Assembly (NCBI GenBank): GCA_048941265.1
Contig: JBHLNT010000141.1
Location: 1 to 10,921 of the forward strand
From: Promethearchaeota archaeon
GTDB lineage: Archaea; Asgardarchaeota; Lokiarchaeia; Sigyniarchaeales; SOKP01
Reading direction: 5' to 3'
DNA: 10,921 nucleotides
The position numbers and the translations under genes were made by a program. The stretch's first letter is position 1. Each line of letters begins with the position of its first letter. Below are positions 6,259-10,921 of the stretch, one piece after another. The notes beneath the pieces are model-generated. The model saw only the letters and a list, made by a program, of their open reading frames with translations, was not told the origin of the DNA and made no database searches.

Positions 6259-7095
6259 TTATTCTTTAATTTTATCAATGAGATCATTTAGATCTCCTTG
6301 AGTTATTTTAGGTTTTATTATCTGTTTTTTCAATTTAGATTTTTGGCTACAAATAGGACAATTTTCATCTCGTTTGGTTTCATATTCTAAGAATTTACCT
6401 GTTATCATATTATACATAGTATAATCGATCATTCGACCAAATTTTAGAAGATACTTTAGCATTTCTTGGATTTGAATGCTTGCTAAAATTGCCATAGTTG
6501 AAGGTAAAGAGGCTACACAGGGCTCACCTCTCTCATCGGGAATATCTATTGCTATGCTACTTAAACATTTGGCACAAGCAGTTTTAAATGGGATCACAGG
6601 ATGGACATATCCGGATAAGCCGCTTCTTGAAGCGCCAGCATCAATATAAGGGATATTTAACAGTATACATTTAGCATTAAGATATTCCCTCGCGGGAATG
6701 TTATCTAAACCATTTAGGATAACATCCATATTATTTATTTCGGTTTCGAATTTAGGTTCAAACTTCATATCCATAATATCGCAATCAAAATATTGGATTT
6801 CAACATCGGGATTAATTTCTTTTAGTATTTTAGTAGCAACGATGACTTTTGGCTGCCCTACATGTTCCTCTTTAAACATATGCCGGTTCAAATTAACAGT
6901 CTCAACAATATCAAAATCAAAAAGAGTTAGTTTTCCTACTCCACATCTTACAGCCATTTCAGCAGAAACACAACCAAGCCCTCCAACACCGATTATTCCA
7001 ACATGATATTTTTTAAGATCATCCCAATTAACTTCATAACCGAATTCTTTAATTGCCTTAAGTCTTGTATATCTATCTTGGGTCATAATTACCAT
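6259..7095 (-). CDS. uba5: UBA5-like E1 activating enzyme (ThiF/MoeB/E1 superfamily)
   Basis: 278 aa, with a possible start at the ATG at 7086. General E1 motifs: GVGGLG nucleotide loop, DFDIVETVNLNR, Zn pairs CAKC and CPIC. UBA5-type motifs: YTRLKAIKEFG (UBA5 YSRLMALKRMG), AEMAVRCGVGKL (AEMLTRCGIGKL), catalytic PCVASLPSTM with Cys193 at nt 6517-6519 (VCAASLPTTM), LKYLLKFG (LKFLLNFG), and C-terminal DLNDLIDKIKE (SLEDLMAKMKNM). Confidence 0.9.
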   Translation of the reverse strand: MVIMTQDRYTRLKAIKEFGYEVNWDDLKKYHVGIIGVGGLGCVSAEMAVRCGVGKLTLFDFDIVETVNLNRHMFKEEHVGQPKVIVATKILKEINPDVEIQYFDCDIMDMKFEPKFETEINNMDVILNGLDNIPAREYLNAKCILLNIPYIDAGASRSGLSGYVHPVIPFKTACAKCLSSIAIDIPDERGEPCVASLPSTMAILASIQIQEMLKYLLKFGRMIDYTMYNMITGKFLEYETKRDENCPICSQKSKLKKQIIKPKITQGDLNDLIDKIKE

Positions 7096-7104
7096 AAATA
7101 TAAT

Positions 7105-8187
7105 TTAATATCTTAATGCTTTAGGAATTTTTGAAATTCTACTGCAATAGATGCACTCAACTACTCCATTTACATCTACATTATTTATTGGAAGATTTGC
7201 TCCACACTCAGGACATTGAGCGCGAACTACTTCTACTTTTTGTTCTAAACCTTGCTTTAATTGAGAAATAATGGTATCATATTTTTCTAATAACTCTGAA
7301 ATAATTTTTTCATTTTCTCCTGTAACCCATATTATTAGTGTTCCTGTTTGTCCAGAGGCCATTATTTGAATATCGATTAATTGAATCGAATCTGGACTAT
7401 GACTACTAAGGAAAACTACTGATGCAAGATAATCTTGCTCTACTTCATCGAATATATGTTCTTCAGGTTCCTCTATGGAATCAAATCCTTTAAATACATT
7501 GAGAATTGATTTAAATAACTTCTTGGGGTTAGTCGCCTTAAATTTATATTTTTGTCCTAAATTTGGATAATTTTTCTGTTTGATTTCTCGTATTGATTTA
7601 AGCGTTTTTTGCTTTATTTGAGTTGTTAATATGTTGACGCGTTCCTCTTGGATCATTATTTTATCCCTCTTTATTTCTGAGAGTAACTCATTAGAACTTT
7701 TTTCTAAAAAAATTCGTGTTTTCTCCCCAATAATCACTGGCGGATTAGGAAGGGTTGAATTGATAATTCCTGTAACAACTATAGGTGCTCCACCTTCCCA
7801 TGGAATCATGAAAGAAACTTCTTGACCATAATCTATGAGCTTATTCAATAAAGAGGGTTTAATATTTGAAGTCCATTCTCCTTTAGTAATTATCCGATAT
7901 TCATTTGAAATATTTATATTAACTTCCAAAGCTACGGCAGGATTATATTTTAAAATAAAGACGTCATCGTTTTCTGCAAAATTTCCCAAAATTCTTTTGT
8001 TAATAAAAATTTTTGGCTCGTCACTGTATTCAAATTTCTCAATTTTAGTGATTATTGAATATTTTTTAGCAGGTAGATCTGAAAGTAAAAACACCGTATC
8101 TCCTATTTTAAATTCTGACAAACTTTCTTTTCTTCCTTGAATGACAGAATTTTCCCTTAATTGAGGAATTAATTTGTAAGTCTGCAT
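7105..8187 (-). CDS. CDC48-N/UFD1-like domain protein with coiled coil, alpha/beta domain and C-terminal Zn ribbon; no AAA ATPase
   Basis: 360 aa. Residues 1-162 have FKIGDTVFL, KIFINKRILGNFAENDDVFILK, ALEVNI and IINSTLPNPPVIIGEKTRIFL, which resemble the two subdomains of the CDC48/VAT N-domain. The Zn ribbon is CPECGANL...VECIYC (C325-C348). No Walker A or B motif is visible. Confidence 0.7.
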   Translation of the reverse strand: MQTYKLIPQLRENSVIQGRKESLSEFKIGDTVFLLSDLPAKKYSIITKIEKFEYSDEPKIFINKRILGNFAENDDVFILKYNPAVALEVNINISNEYRIITKGEWTSNIKPSLLNKLIDYGQEVSFMIPWEGGAPIVVTGIINSTLPNPPVIIGEKTRIFLEKSSNELLSEIKRDKIMIQEERVNILTTQIKQKTLKSIREIKQKNYPNLGQKYKFKATNPKKLFKSILNVFKGFDSIEEPEEHIFDEVEQDYLASVVFLSSHSPDSIQLIDIQIMASGQTGTLIIWVTGENEKIISELLEKYDTIISQLKQGLEQKVEVVRAQCPECGANLPINNVDVNGVVECIYCSRISKIPKALRY

Positions 8188-8245
8188 AGGATTTCAAATT
8201 ATAATTATTGCTAAATTTAGTTTTACACATCAAATATATTCGAAA

Positions 8246-9124
8246 TTATTTGTTTATTAGTTTTCCTTCTAATTCTCCTAATTCCTTTTCGGTTTCATTC
8301 ATGAATGTTTCTATTTGAATTTTCTTATTTTCATACTCTTCCTTAGAAATTTTATCATTAAGGAGAAGATCTTGTTGTTCCTTAAGTTTTTTCTTTAATT
8401 CTTCAATTCTTTTTTGTATTTCCTTTTTTTGATTAATTAAATATTCTGTTCTCTCTTTTTCTTCTTTAAATAAACTTGCAACGTCTTCTGGAGGGTTAAT
8501 CCCAATTACATTAAAAGTTTCAAGTTCAAGACCATATCTCAAGAATTCTTCAGTGACTTTAGAGATTAGAAGATTTATCACATGTTCCCGATCTACTAAA
8601 ATGATATTTTTAGCATTATAATTTTTAAAAATATCTCTTAAAGACGTGTGCAATAGACCTATAATCCATTTTCTAAGGTCTTGAAGGGTCCATGTTTTTA
8701 TTCCTGCTACAACATCATTGTAAAAGGTTTTAACATCGTTTATTTTTAATTTTAAATCTCCATACACTCCAATTATGCATCCATCTTGAGTAGGAATACC
8801 CTCCGTACGCGGAATCCCCCAGGGAATGTCTTTAAAAGAAGTATCAATCCACACTATCTCAGTTCCTTTGATTCTCGCCGTTTTATCAAGCTCATAAACC
8901 CCTCCTCCTAACATACTAATTAATTCTCCCTTGTTATAAAAAAGTACTTTCTCGTAATCTTTAACTGCAAAATATTTTTTATTTTTAATGTTATCATCTG
9001 GCTGAGGAAAAGAATACATTAAAGGTGTTGAGAGATCTCCTTTATCTTCTCTTACCCAAGCAACTATTTTTGGATCATAATCTTTAAACTTTTTTCCTTC
9101 AATTTTTTTATACATTTTTATCAC
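8246..9124 (-). CDS. SPFH/band-7 domain protein (soluble YdjI-like type) with coiled coil and SHOCT-like C-terminus
   Basis: 292 aa, probably starting at the ATG at 9115 behind GTGAT. SPFH-type motifs are AVKDYEKVLFYNKGELISMLGGGVY, IPWGIP, GVYGDLKLKINDVKTF and EEFLRYGLELETFNVIGINPPE. LKEQQDLLLNDKISKEEYENKK is SHOCT-like. Confidence 0.82.
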   Translation of the reverse strand: MIKMYKKIEGKKFKDYDPKIVAWVREDKGDLSTPLMYSFPQPDDNIKNKKYFAVKDYEKVLFYNKGELISMLGGGVYELDKTARIKGTEIVWIDTSFKDIPWGIPRTEGIPTQDGCIIGVYGDLKLKINDVKTFYNDVVAGIKTWTLQDLRKWIIGLLHTSLRDIFKNYNAKNIILVDREHVINLLISKVTEEFLRYGLELETFNVIGINPPEDVASLFKEEKERTEYLINQKKEIQKRIEELKKKLKEQQDLLLNDKISKEEYENKKIQIETFMNETEKELGELEGKLINK

Positions 9125-9186
9125 ATTAGGTATTTTTTTTTTATTTACATAATTTTAGTGTTTTTTTTTTATAGTTCTATATTTCT

Positions 9187-10581
9187 TTAACTATTAGTTT
9201 CAGAAACAATATACCAGCGATTACCATGTAAAAATGATTTTGAAAATTTTAGGATGCCTAAATCTGTAAGGTGATCCAAGATTTTAAGTATTTTTTCACT
9301 GCTCCAACTAGTTTTTCCAATCATATCTGTTAAAGTGAAATTCTGAAATTTTAATGCATGAGAGATAAGTTCCTGTTCATCATCCTTAATGTCATACGGT
9401 TTTAATTGAACGATTTTTAAATAATGATCTTCATCTCCTTGAATAACTTTAATTCCCGAGATATAACCTTTATCTGCGAGTGAATTTATTACTCTCTCTA
9501 ATTGGTCAATATTTATATTTAGATTTGGCTTTTCGTCTAATATAAACTGATATAATGCAAATAATGGTATATTTTCTTTAATTTCATTAAAACCCTTATT
9601 AAATTGTGTTTTACCAATTGTTAGCTTATTGTGAAGTTCTAATACTGCTTCTTCAATAGTTTTGATTTGTTCTTCTTCTGGCAATGAAATATCTATTATA
9701 TCATCTAGGATATCTGAATTGTACTTATTTAAAGATAGTAGCTTTAACTTCTCCTTTGAAAGAATATGAAAATCGATATTTAAAGATTCTCTATTATTAA
9801 TTAGACTCTTTACTATTCTAATTTCTTCTCTTAAATCTTTTGCCACCGAAAATGCATTAGAACTTCCTCCATTTTCCAAAAGTTTTGACAATCTATTACT
9901 AAGATCCTCTATCCTTTTTAATTGATTTACAATCAAATAATTAAAAAATAATATTTCTTTAAACAAATCATTTTCTTCTGATTTTGATAGCTTTTTCTCC
10001 TTTTCATCCTTTTTTTTCAATTTATAGCTGGTGATGGGATTTTTCGGTAAATTTGAGATTTTTTGTCTGAAAAATTTTAGTCTTCTTATGATAATACTCA
10101 TTAAATCTTCAAAAGCAGGATTATCAAGGTTCAATACTGTCCCAAGCATTTTACTTAGTTCAATTTGGAGGGAATTTAAGGTAGATTCAATCAAGTCTTG
10201 TTTTACTTTACATTGTTCTTTTATATTTTCAATCTTTTCAGGTATTATGATTCCCTGTAGTAATTCTTCTTCTTTACTTAAAAATTTAATTTCCCGATTT
10301 AGTACTTCAGCTTCTTTTAAAACTCTTTTTCCAAACTTTGTAATTTTCCATTTTGGGAGAATATTATTTTTTTCCACTACTCTCTCTACTTGATTAAATC
10401 GTTCTAATTGCAAGAGAATATTTTTTACAACTCTCATTGAAAGTCCAGTATTTTCGCTTATGTTTCGAATACTCTCAGCTTTTTTCGAAATCTCATTTAA
10501 ATAAAGTAATGTTTTTTCAATCCCTTGTAGGCTTATTGGTAATTCTCTTATTGGATTGGGTTTTTCATTTAAATCTGGCAT
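9187..10581 (-). CDS. N-terminal winged-helix + coiled-coil + C-terminal tandem winged helix resembling ESCRT-II Vps22/Vps36 (EAP30 domain)
   Basis: 464 aa. The N-terminal wHTH is SIRNISENTGLSMRVVKNILLQLERFNQVER...WKITKFGKRVL. Residues ~338-460 (IPLFALY...DQLERVINSL...VQLKPYDIKDDEQELISHA...FTLTDMIGKTSWSSEKILKILDHLTDLGIL...RWY) parallel Vps22 (ITLEEL...DDLIRAIKKL...IQSVPAELNMDHTVVLQLA...VTVSEIKASLKWETERARQVLEHLLKEGLA...HYW). Confidence 0.72.
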   Translation of the reverse strand: MPDLNEKPNPIRELPISLQGIEKTLLYLNEISKKAESIRNISENTGLSMRVVKNILLQLERFNQVERVVEKNNILPKWKITKFGKRVLKEAEVLNREIKFLSKEEELLQGIIIPEKIENIKEQCKVKQDLIESTLNSLQIELSKMLGTVLNLDNPAFEDLMSIIIRRLKFFRQKISNLPKNPITSYKLKKKDEKEKKLSKSEENDLFKEILFFNYLIVNQLKRIEDLSNRLSKLLENGGSSNAFSVAKDLREEIRIVKSLINNRESLNIDFHILSKEKLKLLSLNKYNSDILDDIIDISLPEEEQIKTIEEAVLELHNKLTIGKTQFNKGFNEIKENIPLFALYQFILDEKPNLNINIDQLERVINSLADKGYISGIKVIQGDEDHYLKIVQLKPYDIKDDEQELISHALKFQNFTLTDMIGKTSWSSEKILKILDHLTDLGILKFSKSFLHGNRWYIVSETNS

Positions 10582-10634
10582 AGATTAAAAAACTAATTCT
10601 TTTTTAATAATTAAATATTATAATTTTTTTCATA

Positions 10635-10662
10635 TATATAAATGTTTCCATATGGAATCATT
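10635..10662 (-). promoter_or_regulatory. Operon promoter (BRE + TATA) overlapped by a 22-bp inverted repeat
   Basis: The minus strand reads GGAAACA-TTTATATA (TATA at 10635-10642), about 54 nt upstream of the ATG at 10581. The palindrome AATG-T-TTCCATATGGAA-T-CATT spans 10641-10662. Confidence 0.55.
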
Positions 10663-10921
10663 CTGCAATATATGAATTTGATCATAAATAGATAAGTTAG
10701 GACATAATTAAAGTAATAAAAAGAGATTGTTAAATAAGTTCTTTATTAAAAACAATTAATTTTTATATTTTTGCATCCTTCTTGTCTATTCTTCTTTTTG
10801 ATATTTTTTTATGGCATTTTACAGATTATTAAAAAAACTTATTTTTCTCATAAATTTTAATTATATATTATTTCATATTGATTTTTAAAGACAATTTAAC
10901 AATAGAGTATTATGAGTGAGA

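Noticed and set aside
6698-7006. 102-aa plus-strand ORF
   Set aside because: It is fully antisense to the well-supported E1 gene and has no recognisable motifs, so it is a shadow ORF.
6259-7095. Reading the E1 as an ordinary ThiF/MoeB/UbaA sulfur-transfer enzyme
   Set aside because: It has several UBA5-type motifs and an adjacent UFC1-like E2 with a VG-ending Ubl. No thiamine, molybdopterin or tRNA-thiolation genes and no rhodanese domain are present.
7631-8140. 64-aa and 101-aa plus-strand ORFs
   Set aside because: Both are antisense shadows of the 360-aa gene, with the Ser/Ile/Phe-rich composition typical of reverse frames in AT-rich DNA.
7105-8187. Calling this gene cdc48/VAT or a RING E3
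   Set aside because: There are no AAA Walker motifs. The four Cys form a single Zn ribbon, not the eight-ligand RING pattern.
9125-9186. Long T-runs in intergenic gaps (also ~4996-5013 and ~3130-3143) as terminators
   Set aside because: The T-runs are on the plus strand, so the minus-strand mRNA carries A-runs. That is the wrong polarity for archaeal oligo-U termination of these genes.
10031-10393. 120-aa plus-strand ORF
   Set aside because: It is antisense to the 464-aa gene. Its apparent hydrophobicity comes from reverse-complemented Lys/Glu codons.
10912-10921. Possible start of a divergent plus-strand gene (ATG AGT GAG) with TATA-like sequence upstream
   Set aside because: Only three codons are visible, which is not enough to support a CDS.
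1-10921. CRISPR array, tRNA/rRNA, transposase or integrase
   Set aside because: I saw no regularly spaced repeats, no GC-rich structured RNA segment and no DDE or tyrosine-recombinase motifs.

Overview
AT-rich archaeal window, most likely from an Asgard archaeon (Lokiarchaeia-like). The taxonomy is inferred from the gene content. Ten co-oriented minus-strand genes are separated by only 3-100 bp. In transcription order they encode: a wHTH/coiled-coil/ESCRT-II (Vps22/Vps36, EAP30-like) protein; an SPFH/band-7 + SHOCT protein; a CDC48-N/UFD1-like + Zn-ribbon protein without an ATPase; a UBA5-like E1; a JAMM/MPN+ protease; a UFM1-like modifier fused to a UFC1-like E2; two tandem paralogous membrane proteins with a PCI-like winged helix; an ~8-TM protein with the same C-terminal tail; and a truncated secreted protein. 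The main result is an apparently operonic prokaryotic UFMylation-type conjugation module. It has a UFM1-UFC1 polyprotein that keeps the Val-Gly|Ser maturation site, a JAMM protease where eukaryotes use UFSP, and neighbouring membrane quality-control or remodelling genes. All homology calls are by-eye motif comparisons to remembered family sequences. No database search was run, so novelty is not confirmed.
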